A stretch of 64,000 nt of DNA, taken from Bacillota bacterium. GTDB taxonomy: Bacteria; Bacillota; DTU025. Each line of letters opens with the position of its first letter. Position 1 is the first letter of the stretch. The notes beneath the pieces were generated by a model. That model saw nothing but the letters and a program-made list of their open reading frames with translations, was not told the origin of the DNA and searched no databases. Shown here piece after piece: positions 21,697 through 33,346 of the stretch. The position numbers and the translations under genes were made by a program. Where the stretch lies: contig JBMNJT010000002.1 of assembly GCA_050951805.1 (NCBI GenBank), positions 1,056,001 through 1,120,000 of the forward strand, written 5' to 3'.

Positions 21697-22768
21697 GCGT
21701 GAAGGCTTGGAGATAGTCCAGGCTCTCGATGAACTTGAGCGGGAGCGGGGAGTTCCCAAAGCAGTCCTTCTGGAGGCTTTGGAAGCTGCTCTGGTGTCCG
21801 CGTTTAAGAGGCATTATGGCTCGTCTCAAAATGTGAGGGTGAATATAGACCCGGAAACAGGACACATTCTCGTGCTTGCGCGGAAAAACGTGGTCGAAGA
21901 GGCGGATGATCCAAAGACAGAAATCTCGCTGGAAGAAGCGAGGCAGTTGGATCCAAACTACCAGGTGGGCGACGTAGTGGAGGACGAAGTTACCCCGAAG
22001 GAGTTTGGGAGAATCGCTGCTCAGACCGCGAAGCAAGTGGTGGTTCAGCGCATACGCGAGGCGGAACGCGGCGTCATCTATGATGAGTATTCTGAACGCG
22101 AGGGGGATGTGGTCACCGGAACAGTGGGCCGTGTGGACGCGCGTAATGTCATAGTGGACCTTGGGAAGACGGAGGCTAGCTTGCCGCCACACGAGCAGAT
22201 TCCGGGTGAAACTTACGAGCCAGGCATGAGGCTCAAGTGTTACGTAGTTGAGGTGCGGAAGACAGGTCGAGGTCCGCTTGTGATGCTGTCGAGAACTCAT
22301 CCAGGTCTTCTCAGGCGACTTCTTGAGCTGGAAGTGCCGGAGATTGCCGAGGGAGTTGTGGAGATAAAGGGGATAGCACGCGAGGCAGGGGCACGATCGA
22401 AGGTGGCAGTTGCTGCCCAAGACCCGAACGTGGACCCTGTAGGCGCCTGTGTGGGCCCTAGGGGGGCAAGGATACAAGCCATAGTTTCGGAGCTCGCCGG
22501 GGAGAAGATAGATGTGATACCATGGAATGAGGATTATTCGGTATTCATTGCTAACGCTCTCAGCCCGGCGAAGGTTCTAGAGGTTAGGCCCGACTTCATA
22601 TCGAAGGTTGCGACTGTAGTTGTCCCCGATTACCAGCTATCTTTGGCTATCGGTAGGGAAGGGCAGAACGCGCGCCTCGCTGCCAAGATTACGGGCTGGA
22701 AGATAGATATTAAGAGCGAGTCTCAGGTCGGTTTGGTCAGCATGCCAAAATTCGAGATAGATTTTTAG
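21689..22768 (+). CDS. nusA: Transcription factor NusA
   Basis: [13 protein letters not shown]1/KH domains, [14 protein letters not shown]. Confidence 0.97.
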   Translation: MTEREGLEIVQALDELERERGVPKAVLLEALEAALVSAFKRHYGSSQNVRVNIDPETGHILVLARKNVVEEADDPKTEISLEEARQLDPNYQVGDVVEDEVTPKEFGRIAAQTAKQVVVQRIREAERGVIYDEYSEREGDVVTGTVGRVDARNVIVDLGKTEASLPPHEQIPGETYEPGMRLKCYVVEVRKTGRGPLVMLSRTHPGLLRRLLELEVPEIAEGVVEIKGIAREAGARSKVAVAAQDPNVDPVGACVGPRGARIQAIVSELAGEKIDVIPWNEDYSVFIANALSPAKVLEVRPDFISKVATVVVPDYQLSLAIGREGQNARLAAKITGWKIDIKSESQVGLVSMPKFEIDF

Positions 22769-22780
22769 GGGTGCGGTTGT

Positions 22781-23047
22781 ATGGCCAAGGCGAGAAAGGT
22801 TCCTCAGAGGACGTGCGTTGGTTGCGGCGCTGTTCGGGATAAGCGCGATCTTGTTAGGGTGGTGCGTACGCCCGAAGGTCAAGTGCTTTTGGACCCGAGC
22901 GGGAAACGCGCGGGACGTGGCGCATATTTGTGCCCGAACCGCGATTGTCTGGCCAAAGCCGCTCGAGGCGGCAAGCTTTCGAGGGCGCTTGAAACAGATA
23001 TGCCGGATGAAATCATCGCGCGTCTCCAGGAGGAACTGTCTGACTGA
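22781..23047 (+). CDS. ylxR: YlxR/RnpM family RNA-binding protein
   Basis: PQRTCVGC, GRGAYLC. Confidence 0.93.
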   Translation: MAKARKVPQRTCVGCGAVRDKRDLVRVVRTPEGQVLLDPSGKRAGRGAYLCPNRDCLAKAARGGKLSRALETDMPDEIIARLQEELSD

Positions 23048-23079
23048 ATTGCTTGTGGGGTTGATCAATGATAAGCGGC

Positions 23080-23213
23080 ATGAATTGTAAAATGTTGTTG
23101 AGTTCTGCGGTCTCGCGCAAGCGGCCGGAATTTCATGATAGGAGCCGATACGGACCTTGCGTGCGCCTCGGGGTTATCGTATGCTCGGCGAGAATCTGGC
23201 CCGATGCGAGTGA
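23080..23213 (+). pseudogene. Possible decayed ylxQ (L7Ae-family) remnant
   Basis: Syntenic slot of ylxQ; broken fragments CGLAQAAG and LGENLAR resemble YlxQ N- and C-terminal motifs. Confidence 0.35.
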
Positions 23214-23228
23214 TGGGGGTGAGTGCCA

Positions 23229-25799
23229 ATGGGAAAAGTGAGAGTGTTTGAGCTGGCTAGAGATTTGAACATGCAGAGCAAAGACCTTGTCGATCTCCTC
23301 AACGAGTTGGGCGTCAAGGCCAAGAACCATATGAGTTCTATCGATGAGAATGCGGCACGATATGTGATGCGCAAGTATGGTCCCGACGCGCCAGGCGCCA
23401 AAGCCGATGCCCAGCAGAAAGATGGGAAGTCTGAGGAATCGGCGCAACAGGCTGAGCCAGCCAGAAAGCCGGAGCAATCTCCCCCGAGTGCCCAGGGGAG
23501 CGCTAGGCAAGAGGAGAAGGTTCAACGTCAACCTGGCGGGGGCCGGGCATATCCTCAAGCGGCGTCGCGCCCAGCTGGTGCGGGCAAGCCTCAGGGTGCT
23601 CGGCAGGAGGGCGGGGCAGCCCCCCCATATCGTGATGATCGCAGAGATCGGGGAGGGAATAGCGGCCCTGTGCGCGACCGGTCCAGGCTTCCTGGAGATG
23701 CGTCTCATGCTGGCGGGCGTCAGAACAGTGAACGTGGCCTCGGCGCATCCGCTCAGCAACAGCCACGTGCTCCACAAGGGTCCCCTGCTAAACAACAGGG
23801 TAAGGGTAGGCAACGCCCATCTGAGGGTGGACGTGGTCGGCGCGAGGATTACGTTGATGATGAACTAGGACCGCGACGTGCCGAGCGCAAGGGAGATCGG
23901 CGTGGCCGCAAAAAGCCGCCTACTTCGAAGCCGCTTGAAGATGCGAGGGTGCTCGAGCATCGAGTGAGGACAGGGGATATCGAGGACATAGATGAGATCG
24001 CTGTGAAGCGGGGAGGCCGCAAGCGCGAGAAGGCGCCTAAGGTCAGGCGTATCGAGGTGGGGGAGACTATCAGCGTTCGTGAACTCGCTGCCAAACTTGA
24101 GATATCGGCCAGTGATTGTCTGCGCAGACTCATGAAGCTTGGCGTGATGGTTCGGATCAATGACGAGATTGAAGGCGAAGTAGCGCAGATACTCGCGTCA
24201 GAGCTTGGCTTTGAGGCGGAGCTTACCTCCGAAAGGGAGGAACGCGAACTTGTCATAGCTGAGATAGAGGATCCTCCGGAAAGCTTGAAACCAAGGCCCC
24301 CGGTGGTAACCATAATGGGCCATGTTGACCATGGCAAGACTTCTCTTCTCGACGCCATACGAGAGGCCAATGTGACTGCAACGGAGGCAGGCGGGATAAC
24401 ACAGCATATAGGCGCATACCAGGTGGAACTTGACGGCAGGAAGATAACCTTCTTGGATACGCCTGGGCACGAGGCTTTTACGGCCATGCGGGCTCGTGGC
24501 GCGCATGCGACTGACGTTGCGGTGCTGGTCGTAGCCGCAGATGACGGTGTAATGCCCCAGACTGTCGAGGCGATAAACCACGCTAAGGATGCCAAGGTGC
24601 CGATAGTGGTTGCGGTGAACAAGATCGACAAGCCCGATGCCAATCCTGAGCGGGTGGCGACACAGCTGTCCGAACGCGGGCTTGTGCCTGAAAAATGGGG
24701 CGGGGATACAGTGATGGTCCCTGTATCGGCCTTGCATAAGCAGGGCATTGAGGATCTCCTCGAGATGATCCTTCTGATCGCGGACATGAGTGAACTGAAG
24801 GCTAATCCTGACAGGCCAGCCATGGGAATCGTCATCGAGGCCAAGGTTGACAAGGGACGTGGACCGGTCGCTACTGTGTTGATCCAGAAGGGGACGCTCA
24901 GGGTGGGCGACTACTTCCTCGTCGGTCAAGTGCATGGTAGAGTCAGAGCCATGACGAACTACAAGGGCGAGCCTGTGAAGGAGGCCACGCCATCCATGCC
25001 AGTTGAAGTTCTGGGTTTGGGCGATGTTCCGCTGGCGGGCGACGTGTTCCAAGTCGTTGTGGATGAGCGCGAGGCTAAACAGGTTGCCGCTAGACGGGCA
25101 GAACGGCGGCGCATTGAGACCATTGGCGAAGCTCCCAAGAAGGTATCTCTTGAAGAACTGTTCAGTCAGATCCAAGAAGGGGAAGTCAAAGAACTCAGAG
25201 TGATTATCAAGGCGGATGTTCAGGGATCTGTTGAGGCAGTTCGGCAGGCGATCGAGCAGCTTTCCACTGATGAGGTGCGTGTCGATGTGATCCACGGAGG
25301 CGTCGGAGCTATCAGCGAGTCCGACATCATGTTGGCCTCTGCATCTAATGCAGTCGTAATCGGTTTCAATGTCAGGCCTGATCCGGTAGCTTCCATGTGT
25401 GCAGAGGACGAGAAGGTCGATGTCAGGCTTTACAGGGTCATATACGACGCCATTGACGACGTGAAGAAGGCCCTCGAGGGATTGCTGGAGCCCGAATACC
25501 GCGAGGTCGTGTATGGACAGGCAGAAGTGAGGGCAACCTTCAAGGTGCCCAAGGCCGGGGTTGTAGCCGGGTGCTATGTTACTGAGGGCAGAGTGCCGCG
25601 GAGTGCGTCGGTGCGCGTTGTGCGCGACGGCGTGGTTGTTCATGAAGGGAAGATTGCGTCTCTCAGGCGCTTCAAGGATGATGTTCGCGAGGTTGCGGCG
25701 GGCTTTGAATGTGGAATCGGCATCGAAAACTGGAATGATGTTCGCGAAGGCGATATCATCGAAGCCTACGGGAAGGAAGAAGTGAGGCGGGAACTATAG
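23229..25799 (+). CDS. infB: Translation initiation factor IF-2
   Basis: KVRVFELA N-terminus; [25 protein letters not shown]. Confidence 0.98.
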   Translation: MGKVRVFELARDLNMQSKDLVDLLNELGVKAKNHMSSIDENAARYVMRKYGPDAPGAKADAQQKDGKSEESAQQAEPARKPEQSPPSAQGSARQEEKVQRQPGGGRAYPQAASRPAGAGKPQGARQEGGAAPPYRDDRRDRGGNSGPVRDRSRLPGDASHAGGRQNSERGLGASAQQQPRAPQGSPAKQQGKGRQRPSEGGRGRREDYVDDELGPRRAERKGDRRGRKKPPTSKPLEDARVLEHRVRTGDIEDIDEIAVKRGGRKREKAPKVRRIEVGETISVRELAAKLEISASDCLRRLMKLGVMVRINDEIEGEVAQILASELGFEAELTSEREERELVIAEIEDPPESLKPRPPVVTIMGHVDHGKTSLLDAIREANVTATEAGGITQHIGAYQVELDGRKITFLDTPGHEAFTAMRARGAHATDVAVLVVAADDGVMPQTVEAINHAKDAKVPIVVAVNKIDKPDANPERVATQLSERGLVPEKWGGDTVMVPVSALHKQGIEDLLEMILLIADMSELKANPDRPAMGIVIEAKVDKGRGPVATVLIQKGTLRVGDYFLVGQVHGRVRAMTNYKGEPVKEATPSMPVEVLGLGDVPLAGDVFQVVVDEREAKQVAARRAERRRIETIGEAPKKVSLEELFSQIQEGEVKELRVIIKADVQGSVEAVRQAIEQLSTDEVRVDVIHGGVGAISESDIMLASASNAVVIGFNVRPDPVASMCAEDEKVDVRLYRVIYDAIDDVKKALEGLLEPEYREVVYGQAEVRATFKVPKAGVVAGCYVTEGRVPRSASVRVVRDGVVVHEGKIASLRRFKDDVREVAAGFECGIGIENWNDVREGDIIEAYGKEEVRREL

Positions 25800-25818
25800 G
25801 GGCCGGGGTGATTATGCG

Positions 25819-26100
25819 GTGGTCATAGGCGCCATGCGTTGCGTGCTATTGATAGAAGGCAGCCGGTCTCTCAAAGAGAAGAAACGTGTAATCCAGGGGA
25901 TGATGGCCCGAATCAGACATCGGTTCAATGTGGCCGTTGCTGAAGTCGACTGCCAGGATATATGGAATAAGGCGCAGATAGGCATCGTCTGCGTGAGCAA
26001 CGATTCAGGGCATGCCCACAGCATTTTGGAAGCAGTTGCCAGAATGATCGATTTGTCTCCGGATGTCGTGTTATACTCGTACGAAATTGAAATACTCTGA
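25819..26100 (+). CDS. ylxP: DUF503 (YlxP) family protein
   Basis: SLKEKKRV, FNVAVAEVD..D.W; position between infB and rbfA. Confidence 0.85.
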   Translation: MVIGAMRCVLLIEGSRSLKEKKRVIQGMMARIRHRFNVAVAEVDCQDIWNKAQIGIVCVSNDSGHAHSILEAVARMIDLSPDVVLYSYEIEIL

Positions 26101-26132
26101 GTTCTTGCAGGACTCTCTGGAGGTGCTGTCCG

Positions 26133-26510
26133 ATGTCGAGCTATCGGCCTGATCGCGTCAAAGCCGCAATACGGGAAGAGGTTTCCAATATTCTTCAGCG
26201 CGATCTGAAGGATCCTAGACTAGGATTTGCGACTGTGACTGATGTGGACATAAGCGGGGATCTTCAACATGTGAAGATATACGTCAGCATACTTGGCGAA
26301 GAAGAATCCCGCACAGAAACCATGAAGGCCCTGGAAAGCGCAAAGGGCTACATTAGGTCGGAGATCGGGCGTCGCGTGCCATTGCGCTTAACTCCCGAAA
26401 TCACTTTCGAGTATGATGAATCCATTGAAAGAGGAGCTCGCATACTCAAATTGATCGAGGAGGTCCAGAGCGGACGGAACGATGAGGAAAGCGGTGACAT
26501 GCCTAAGTGA
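26133..26510 (+). CDS. rbfA: Ribosome-binding factor A
   Basis: LKDPRL, DLQHVKIYVS, LRLTPEITF.YDES. Confidence 0.96.
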   Translation: MSSYRPDRVKAAIREEVSNILQRDLKDPRLGFATVTDVDISGDLQHVKIYVSILGEEESRTETMKALESAKGYIRSEIGRRVPLRLTPEITFEYDESIERGARILKLIEEVQSGRNDEESGDMPK

Positions 26511-27493
26511 GCTCTCCAGAAGAACTGTTGCAGGCCATTATGGACGCAAAGTCCATCCTGATCACTACCCATGTGGCTCCTGATGGTGATGCTATCGGAT
26601 CTGCACTGGCACTCAAGATAGCGCTGGACAGAATGGGAAAAGGCCCGCGGGTTGGCCTTTCTGATCCCGTTCCCGAGTTTCTTAGATTTTTGCCGGAGGC
26701 TGACTCGATAGAGACGGCGGAATGTGTGGGCGGGCCGTTCGACTTGGCTTTAGTGCTCGACTGCGGCTCGTTGGATCGGGTGGGAAAGTGTGAAAACGCC
26801 GTAGTAAGCAGCAGGAAGGTTGCTAATGTAGACCACCACACCACGAACACTCATTTCGCCGATATCAACTGGGTAGATTCGGAAGCAGCTGCCACAGCTC
26901 AGATGGCAGCTGGTATTATCCGTGATCTTGGGGTGGAGTTCGACCCGGATATTGCGGCCTGCCTTTTCGCAGGGTTGTCCACTGATACGGGTTCATTCAG
27001 GTATTCGAATACTTCCGCGGATACGTTTCGTGTAGCTGCTGCCCTTGTAGACGCGGGGGCCAGGCCATGGGAGATTGCGCAGAACATATATGACACCAAA
27101 CCCTATAAGTCCCTTTCGGCTTTGGCCGAGGCAATCCTCGGGATTCAGTTCTCGAGTGGAGGCCTGATCGCGTCCATGGAGATCACAGCAGAGATGATGG
27201 AACGCCATGGCATTACGGAGAGTGAGACCGAAGGATTCATCGGCTATGCTCGATCAATTGAGGGCGTAGAAGTGGCTGTTGCTTTTCGAGAGGTAGAGGA
27301 TGGACTGATCAGAATCGGATTTCGCTCGAAAGAGAAGGTGGACGTGGCCGAGATTGCTGCGGAATACGGCGGCGGAGGGCATGTGCGCGCTTCAGGGTGC
27401 ACTGTTCCAGGTCCCCTTGCAGAAGTGAAATCGAATGTGATTTCCAGGCTGAACCGGGCATTGGCGGAGGCTGGGTATACTTGGACGGAATAA
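26507..27493 (+). CDS. nrnA: DHH-family oligoribonuclease/pAp phosphatase NrnA
   Basis: HVAPDGDAIGS, DHH, TDTGSF, GGGHVRASG. Confidence 0.9.
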   Translation: MSSPEELLQAIMDAKSILITTHVAPDGDAIGSALALKIALDRMGKGPRVGLSDPVPEFLRFLPEADSIETAECVGGPFDLALVLDCGSLDRVGKCENAVVSSRKVANVDHHTTNTHFADINWVDSEAAATAQMAAGIIRDLGVEFDPDIAACLFAGLSTDTGSFRYSNTSADTFRVAAALVDAGARPWEIAQNIYDTKPYKSLSALAEAILGIQFSSGGLIASMEITAEMMERHGITESETEGFIGYARSIEGVEVAVAFREVEDGLIRIGFRSKEKVDVAEIAAEYGGGGHVRASGCTVPGPLAEVKSNVISRLNRALAEAGYTWTE

Positions 27494-28404
27494 TCATCAT
27501 CAACAAGCCGAAAGGCATGACATCACATGATGTTGTTGCTGAAGTGAGGCGGATCACCGGCGAGCGCTCATGCGGCCACACTGGAACGTTGGACCCTGAT
27601 GCCACCGGGGTCCTCGTTGTTTGTATGGGAAGGGCTACCCGGCTTTCAAGGTTCATGATGGAGACGCCCAAAGAATACGAGGCGGTTATTGTCTTCGGCA
27701 TATCTACTGACACGGGGGACGCTTCAGGCAAGGTCGTTGCTGTAAGTGAGGACGTCAAGGTTCCGCGGGAAAGAGTATTCGAGGCCTTCCAGCGCTTTGT
27801 AGGCGATATTGAGCAGATTCCTCCCATGGTTTCGGCAGTGCGTCACCGTGGGCGGCGCCTTTATGAGCTCGCTCGCGAAGGGATAACTGTTGAGAGGGAA
27901 CCAAGGAGAGTAACGATATACGAAATAGAGCCAGCATCTTTGGAAGATTGGCCGGAAGTTGTGAGGCTTGGCTCGCAAGGCTCTATGCGCGTGGTCTGTT
28001 CGAAAGGGACTTACATAAGAACGCTGTGCGAGGACATTTGTGCGAGCATTGGGATAGAAGGGCACATGGGGGCGCTTGAACGTACGGCCTCGTCCGGATT
28101 TCGGCTGTCGGAAGCATGCACCCTCAACGAGCTTCGCCAGGCAGCTGCGTATGGCGAGCTTGATAATCTTGTCAGGCCAATCGTTGAAGGCGTGGGCCAC
28201 ATGCCGAAATGCGTGGTTTCAGAAGATGAAGCTTCGCGTATCAAGCACGGGACTCAGATAGAGTGGGATCCGAACCGGGCAGAGCTTGTCTGCGGAATAG
28301 GGGACTATATCGCGCTGCTCGGTGCTGATGGGGCCCTTGTTGCCGTGGGCGAGGTTCGTCTGATGGATGGACGAGCACTTATCCAACCAAGAGTTGTGTT
28401 GTAG
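27481..28404 (+). CDS. truB: tRNA pseudouridine(55) synthase
   Basis: NKPKGMTSHDVV, GHTGTLDP, CSKGTYIRTL. Confidence 0.96.
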   Translation: MDGIIIINKPKGMTSHDVVAEVRRITGERSCGHTGTLDPDATGVLVVCMGRATRLSRFMMETPKEYEAVIVFGISTDTGDASGKVVAVSEDVKVPRERVFEAFQRFVGDIEQIPPMVSAVRHRGRRLYELAREGITVEREPRRVTIYEIEPASLEDWPEVVRLGSQGSMRVVCSKGTYIRTLCEDICASIGIEGHMGALERTASSGFRLSEACTLNELRQAAAYGELDNLVRPIVEGVGHMPKCVVSEDEASRIKHGTQIEWDPNRAELVCGIGDYIALLGADGALVAVGEVRLMDGRALIQPRVVL

Positions 28405-28424
28405 TTTCTGAGGTGTTGTGTCAT

Positions 28425-29399
28425 ATGGAGCGCTTCTTCATTTCCACATCAGAAAGACCTCCTGTTACGGCTCAGGTGTTTGCCTTAGGGACATTTGACG
28501 GAGTCCATCTGGGCCATATGGAGCTGATCCGCGAGGCCATCTCGCTTGCGCGCGACAAAGGCGAAGGGTCAAGAAGCGGCGTATACACTTTCGATGTTCA
28601 TCCTCTTGCAGTGCTTGACCCCTCGAAGGCGCCGCCGCTGCTCACATCATTAGATGACAGGCTGAAGCTTATTGAAAGCGCAGGCATAGATGTCGCGGTT
28701 GTCCAGTCTTTCGATGCGGAACTGGCAGACATGTCGCCGGAGTCCTTTGTTGCAGATATTCTGTGGCGCAAACTCCGTGCTCGGCATGTCGTTGTGGGAT
28801 TCAACTACACTTTCGGTCGTTATGGCAACGCCGGTGCCAGCGAGCTTGAGGAAATGTGCGCCAGATATGGAATTGGCACAACTGTGGTTCCCCCTGTGAC
28901 TTGCGAAGGCATTACGGTGGCGAGTACGGCTGTTCGAACAGCGCTCGCCGAGGGAGACGTAGCCCTCGCTAGCAGGCTGCTTGGCAGGCCTTATTTTCTG
29001 AGAGGGATTGTTGAACGCGGTCGTGGCGTGGGGAAATCGATAGGTGTGCCCACTGCCAACCTCAGACTTCCAAATGGGCATGCTATTCCAGCCCATGGAG
29101 TTTATGCGGCCAAAGCATCTTGGGGAGATGGCCAGTGTGCAATGGCTGTGTGCAATATAGGCGTTCGGCCCACATTCAGAGACGAGGGTCGAGGGACCAC
29201 GTGCGAGGTTCATTTGGTCGATGTTTCGCAGGCGTTGTACGGGGAAATGCTAATGGTGGAATTTGTGGCTAGGATTCGTGACGAGAAGCGGTTTGCCAGC
29301 CCGTCTCACCTAAAGGCGCAGATCGCGTCGGATGTCGAGGTTACCCGAGCTCTCATAGGCAATTGGAGTTTACACCCAATATCATCTGTGCTAGAATGA
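28425..29399 (+). CDS. ribF: Bifunctional riboflavin kinase/FAD synthetase
   Basis: GTFDGVHLGH, GVPTAN, NIGVRPTF, RIRDEKRF. Confidence 0.95.
   Translation: MERFFISTSERPPVTAQVFALGTFDGVHLGHMELIREAISLARDKGEGSRSGVYTFDVHPLAVLDPSKAPPLLTSLDDRLKLIESAGIDVAVVQSFDAELADMSPESFVADILWRKLRARHVVVGFNYTFGRYGNAGASELEEMCARYGIGTTVVPPVTCEGITVASTAVRTALAEGDVALASRLLGRPYFLRGIVERGRGVGKSIGVPTANLRLPNGHAIPAHGVYAAKASWGDGQCAMAVCNIGVRPTFRDEGRGTTCEVHLVDVSQALYGEMLMVEFVARIRDEKRFASPSHLKAQIASDVEVTRALIGNWSLHPISSVLE
29369..29397 (+). promoter_or_regulatory. sigma-A promoter of rpsO
   Basis: TTTACA-17 nt-TAGAAT with extended TG. Confidence 0.6.
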
Positions 29400-29429
29400 A
29401 CTCCGCAAGCGTGCATCATTCGGGCTTGC

Positions 29430-29500
29430 TTGACCCTTGGCTAGGATTGCCGATCCTCCGACGGCATTCTTGGCAAGGGCGTACGAAAAACAGGAGGTGC
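29430..29500 (+). promoter_or_regulatory. S15 (rpsO) autoregulatory leader
   Basis: Long stem CCCTTG-GCTAGGA-TGCCG/CGGCA-TTCTTGGC-AAGGG upstream of the rpsO SD. Confidence 0.6.
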
Positions 29501-29508
29501 AACAGCCC

Positions 29509-29778
29509 TTGAGCCTTACAACTGAAGAAAAGAAAAGCATTATCGAAAAGTATCAGCTCCATGAGTCTGATACGGGTTCTCCAGAGGTTCAGATAGCGAT
29601 CCTTACAGAAAGGATAAACTATCTTACTGAACACCTGAAAGTCCACAAGAAGGATCATCACTCTAGGCGCGGCCTTCTTAAGATGGTTGGTAAACGTCGG
29701 GCGCTTCTAGACTACCTAAAGGATAGCGACATCGAAAGGTATAGAGCGCTCATAGAAGAACTCGGACTTCGCAAGTAG
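29509..29778 (+). CDS. rpsO: 30S ribosomal protein S15
   Basis: [29 protein letters not shown]. Confidence 0.98.
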   Translation: MSLTTEEKKSIIEKYQLHESDTGSPEVQIAILTERINYLTEHLKVHKKDHHSRRGLLKMVGKRRALLDYLKDSDIERYRALIEELGLRK

Positions 29779-29790
29779 CGCAGAGTGAAT

Positions 29791-29823
29791 GAGAGCGGGT
29801 ATTTGTGCCCCGCTCTCTTGTTC
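29791..29823 (+). terminator. Hairpin after rpsO
   Basis: GAGAGCGGG/CCCGCTCTC followed by TTGTT. Confidence 0.6.
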
Positions 29824-29863
29824 ATGAGTGCAACAAGGCAATGTGTAGGAGGTAAACAACTTA

Positions 29864-32056
29864 ATGCATCAAGTTTTCCAGGCGGACATAGCTGGGAAGA
29901 GACTGGTAGTCGAGACTGGCTACGTAGCCCAGCAGGCTAATGGATCTGTTCTGTGCCGGTACGGCGACACTGTGGTGCTCGTCACTGCAACAGCGTCCAA
30001 GGAACCCAGAGAAGGCATAGACTTCTTCCCGCTTCTCGTGGATTACGAGGAGAAACTCTATGCCGTGGGCAAGATCCCAGGCGGGTTCATCAAGCGCGAG
30101 GGGAGGCCGGGAGAGGCGGCTATCCTTGCGGCGCGACTGATCGACAGGCCTATCAGGCCGTTGTTCCCCGACGGATTTCGCAACGACGTTCAGGTTGTTG
30201 CTACAGTCTTTTCGGTGGAACCCGGGATTGATCCTGCGCTCTTGGCGATGAATGGCGCGTCAATTGCTCTCTCTATTTCTGACATACCGTTTGACGGCCC
30301 AATTGCCGGCGTCAAAGTGGGGCTCGTTGATGGGCAGTTCATTATCAACCCCGGAGTTGACGAGTCAGAGAGGTCAACACTCTCTCTGACAGTGGCGGGA
30401 ACCGAGGATGCCGTTCTCATGGTGGAGGCGGGGGCCAATGAAGTCCCCGAAGAGCAGGTGCTGGATGCGATCATATTCGGCCACGAAACGATCAAAGAGA
30501 TAATCCAATTCCAGAAGAAAATAGTAGCTGAGGTTGGGGTTCCTAAGAAGGAGTTCGTGGCTTTTACGCCAGACCCGGAGATCGCAGAGAAGGTAGAAGA
30601 GTATGCGTACGACAAGCTCAATCAAGCAGTGCGCAATCCTGACAAGGTAGCTCGCGAGGAGCTGACAAATGCTGTAAGGGAAGACGTGCTGGCCCATTTC
30701 GCCGAAATATACGGTGAAGAGGTTCCCGTTCGGGACATCAACGGTGTTTTGGATGTTCTGCTCAAACAGATAGTTCGCAGGATGATCACGCAGGAGCAAA
30801 CCCGTCCCGACGGAAGAGCTCTTGATGAGATTCGCAAGATTACGTGTGACGTTGGGCTTTTGCCTCGGGTTCATGGTTCTGCGATGTTTAGGCGCGGACA
30901 GACTCAGGTGATAACCGCGTGCACTTTGGGTGCAATAGGCGAAGAGCAGATCCTGGACGATCTAGGGCTAGAAGAATCTAAGAGGTATATGCACCATTAC
31001 AATTTCCCGCCATACAGTGTGGGCGAAGTAAAGCCGATGCGCGGCCCTGGCAGGCGTGAAATAGGGCATGGCGCTCTTGCAGAGCGGGCTTTGCTGCCCG
31101 TCATACCTGACGACGAAGAATTTCCGTACACTATAAGAGTTGTTTCGGAGGTTGTGGAGTCTAACGGGTCTTCGAGCATGGCATCGGTATGCGGAAGTAC
31201 GCTTTCACTAATGGACGCGGGAGTGCCGATCAAGAAACCAGTGGCTGGAGTAGCCATGGGGCTTGTCAAATACGGCGACGACTTCGCTATACTCACAGAC
31301 ATACAGGGCATAGAGGATGCCCTTGGGGATATGGACTTCAAGGTGGCAGGGACGCGCGACGGAATCACCGCCGTTCAAATGGATATCAAGGTTCGGGGCA
31401 TTTCCAGAGAAATACTCCAGGCAGCGCTTGAGCAGGCACGCCGCGGAAGACTTTTCATCATGGACAGGATGCTCGAGACGATTCCTCAGCCCCGAGCGGA
31501 ATTGTCGCCGTATGCGCCACGAATGCTGACGATAAACATAGATCCCGACAAGATCCGAGATGTGATCGGGCCCGGCGGAAAGATGATTCGGAAGATCATC
31601 GATCTTACGGGGACCAAGATCGATATAGAGGACGATGGAAGGGTTTTTGTGTCCGCAGTCGACGAGGCACAGGCCCAAAAGGCCATAAACATGATTTTGG
31701 AGTTGGTGCATGATCCTGAGCCAGGCGAGGTATACACCGGCAAGGTGACGCGTATCATGCCTTTTGGTGCCTTCGTAGAAATACTTCCCGGCAAGGAAGG
31801 GCTAGTGCACATCTCTCAGCTTGCTCACGAGAGAGTAGCCACTGTTGAGGATGTCGTGCAAGTGGGCGACGATATCAACGTGCGAGTCACGGAAATCGAT
31901 AGCCAAGGCAGGATAAACCTCTCACGCAAGGATCTTCTGCCGAGGCCTGAGGGCATGCCTGACTCTCCGCCCCCACGCGGAGATAGAAGACCGCCATCAG
32001 GAACTCGTGGTGGTGGAGCCCCTCGGGGAAGAAGCGGGGGTAGGGACCGCAGATAA
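29864..32056 (+). CDS. pnp: Polyribonucleotide nucleotidyltransferase
   Basis: [36 protein letters not shown] and S1 domains. Confidence 0.98.
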   Translation: MHQVFQADIAGKRLVVETGYVAQQANGSVLCRYGDTVVLVTATASKEPREGIDFFPLLVDYEEKLYAVGKIPGGFIKREGRPGEAAILAARLIDRPIRPLFPDGFRNDVQVVATVFSVEPGIDPALLAMNGASIALSISDIPFDGPIAGVKVGLVDGQFIINPGVDESERSTLSLTVAGTEDAVLMVEAGANEVPEEQVLDAIIFGHETIKEIIQFQKKIVAEVGVPKKEFVAFTPDPEIAEKVEEYAYDKLNQAVRNPDKVAREELTNAVREDVLAHFAEIYGEEVPVRDINGVLDVLLKQIVRRMITQEQTRPDGRALDEIRKITCDVGLLPRVHGSAMFRRGQTQVITACTLGAIGEEQILDDLGLEESKRYMHHYNFPPYSVGEVKPMRGPGRREIGHGALAERALLPVIPDDEEFPYTIRVVSEVVESNGSSSMASVCGSTLSLMDAGVPIKKPVAGVAMGLVKYGDDFAILTDIQGIEDALGDMDFKVAGTRDGITAVQMDIKVRGISREILQAALEQARRGRLFIMDRMLETIPQPRAELSPYAPRMLTINIDPDKIRDVIGPGGKMIRKIIDLTGTKIDIEDDGRVFVSAVDEAQAQKAINMILELVHDPEPGEVYTGKVTRIMPFGAFVEILPGKEGLVHISQLAHERVATVEDVVQVGDDINVRVTEIDSQGRINLSRKDLLPRPEGMPDSPPPRGDRRPPSGTRGGGAPRGRSGGRDRR

Positions 32057-32113
32057 AGAGCGTATGACTTCGATGCGAATAGTGTGAAGAGGATACAGCG
32101 CTTGTAGCAAGAT

Positions 32114-32144
32114 AGCCGGAATAGCTCCGGCTTTTTTGTTTTTT
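32114..32144 (+). terminator. Rho-independent terminator after pnp
   Basis: AGCCGGA/TCCGGCT + long T tract. Confidence 0.85.
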
Positions 32145-32146
32145 GA

Positions 32147-32171
32147 AGGGACTCGGCTACCAAAGTAGAAT
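32147..32171 (+). promoter_or_regulatory. sigma-H-type promoter of buk operon
   Basis: AGGG-17 nt-GAAT. Confidence 0.4.
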
Positions 32172-32201
32172 ATACAATACTGTGTACGACTTGGGAAGGC
32201 G

Positions 32202-33299
32202 GTGGGTCCGTTGGGATGCATTGATCGGACTTTCACAGTTCTCGTGGTAAACACAGGTTCCACATCCACCAAGATTGCGGTTTTCTGCGGCTGCAAACTG
32301 CTCTTTTCAGACAACATACAACATCCCCCTGATGAACTGGCGCGATATGCCAGAATCCCTGAGCAACTCGAATATCGCAAAGATGTGATCCAGCGCAGCC
32401 TCGCTAGTAGTGGTGTAGCGCTCGAGCAGATAGACGCGATCATATCCCGCGGTGGCGCCCTCAAGCCGGTGCCTGGCGGAGTCTATCTGATAGATGAAGC
32501 TGTGGTAGACGACCTTCTCAACCGTCCATCCACGGAGCATGCCGCTAATCTGGCCGCTCCGATTGCCCGTGCCTTTGCCGACTCATTGGGAGTCCCCGCT
32601 TATTTTGCCGATCCAATATCAGTAGATGAGTATGAGCCTCTTGCGAGGCTATCCGGATTGCCGGAGATCTCGCGGGTGTCCAAACTACATGCGCTTTCCA
32701 TCCGAAGCACTGCAGCAAAAGCCGCTGCGAGTCTCGGCAAGGCGCTGAAAGAGGCAAACCTTGTGGTCGCCCATCTTGGCAGCGGGATATCGATATCCCC
32801 GGTCAAGGCTGGTAAAATGGTGGACGCCAATGGGGCGGATGATGAAGGCCCGTTCTCGCCGGAACGCTCAGGTTCTGTGCCCATGAGCGATCTGGTGACT
32901 TTGTGTTATTCGGGGCAGTATGATGAGGGCGAATTGATTCATCTACTCACCCATGGAAGCGGGCTTTTTGCACATCTAGGGACTACCGATGCTCGCGAGG
33001 TCGAGAAGATGATCCTTGCGGGAAATACGCGTGCGTCAGATGTAGAGCAGGCCATGGCCTACCAGATATCCAAGGAGATAGGAGCCATGGCAACAGTTCT
33101 TTGTGGGCGTGTTGACGCGATTGTTCTTACCGGAGGGCTTGCAGCTTGGGATCGCCTGGTTGGACACATCACAGAGAGATGCTGCTTCATAGCGCCCGTA
33201 ATCACCTATCCTGGCGAGAACGAGATGGAAGCTTTAGCGAGCAGCGTCATAAGAGTGCTTGCCGGGGAGGAAGAAGCAAGAGTATATGCATCAGTCTGA
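32202..33299 (+). CDS. buk: Butyrate/branched-chain carboxylate kinase (paralog 1)
   Basis: NTGSTSTK, GPFSPERSG, YPGENEM. Confidence 0.9.
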   Translation: MGPLGCIDRTFTVLVVNTGSTSTKIAVFCGCKLLFSDNIQHPPDELARYARIPEQLEYRKDVIQRSLASSGVALEQIDAIISRGGALKPVPGGVYLIDEAVVDDLLNRPSTEHAANLAAPIARAFADSLGVPAYFADPISVDEYEPLARLSGLPEISRVSKLHALSIRSTAAKAAASLGKALKEANLVVAHLGSGISISPVKAGKMVDANGADDEGPFSPERSGSVPMSDLVTLCYSGQYDEGELIHLLTHGSGLFAHLGTTDAREVEKMILAGNTRASDVEQAMAYQISKEIGAMATVLCGRVDAIVLTGGLAAWDRLVGHITERCCFIAPVITYPGENEMEALASSVIRVLAGEEEARVYASV

Positions 33300-33346
33300 T
33301 CAGATTGGGATTTGATCCGAAGACATACCTGAGGGAGGAGATGTCG

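Noticed and set aside
23380-23960. Low-complexity Q/G/R/P-rich coding stretch
   Set aside because: Normal disordered IF-2 N-terminal region; no tandem DNA repeat
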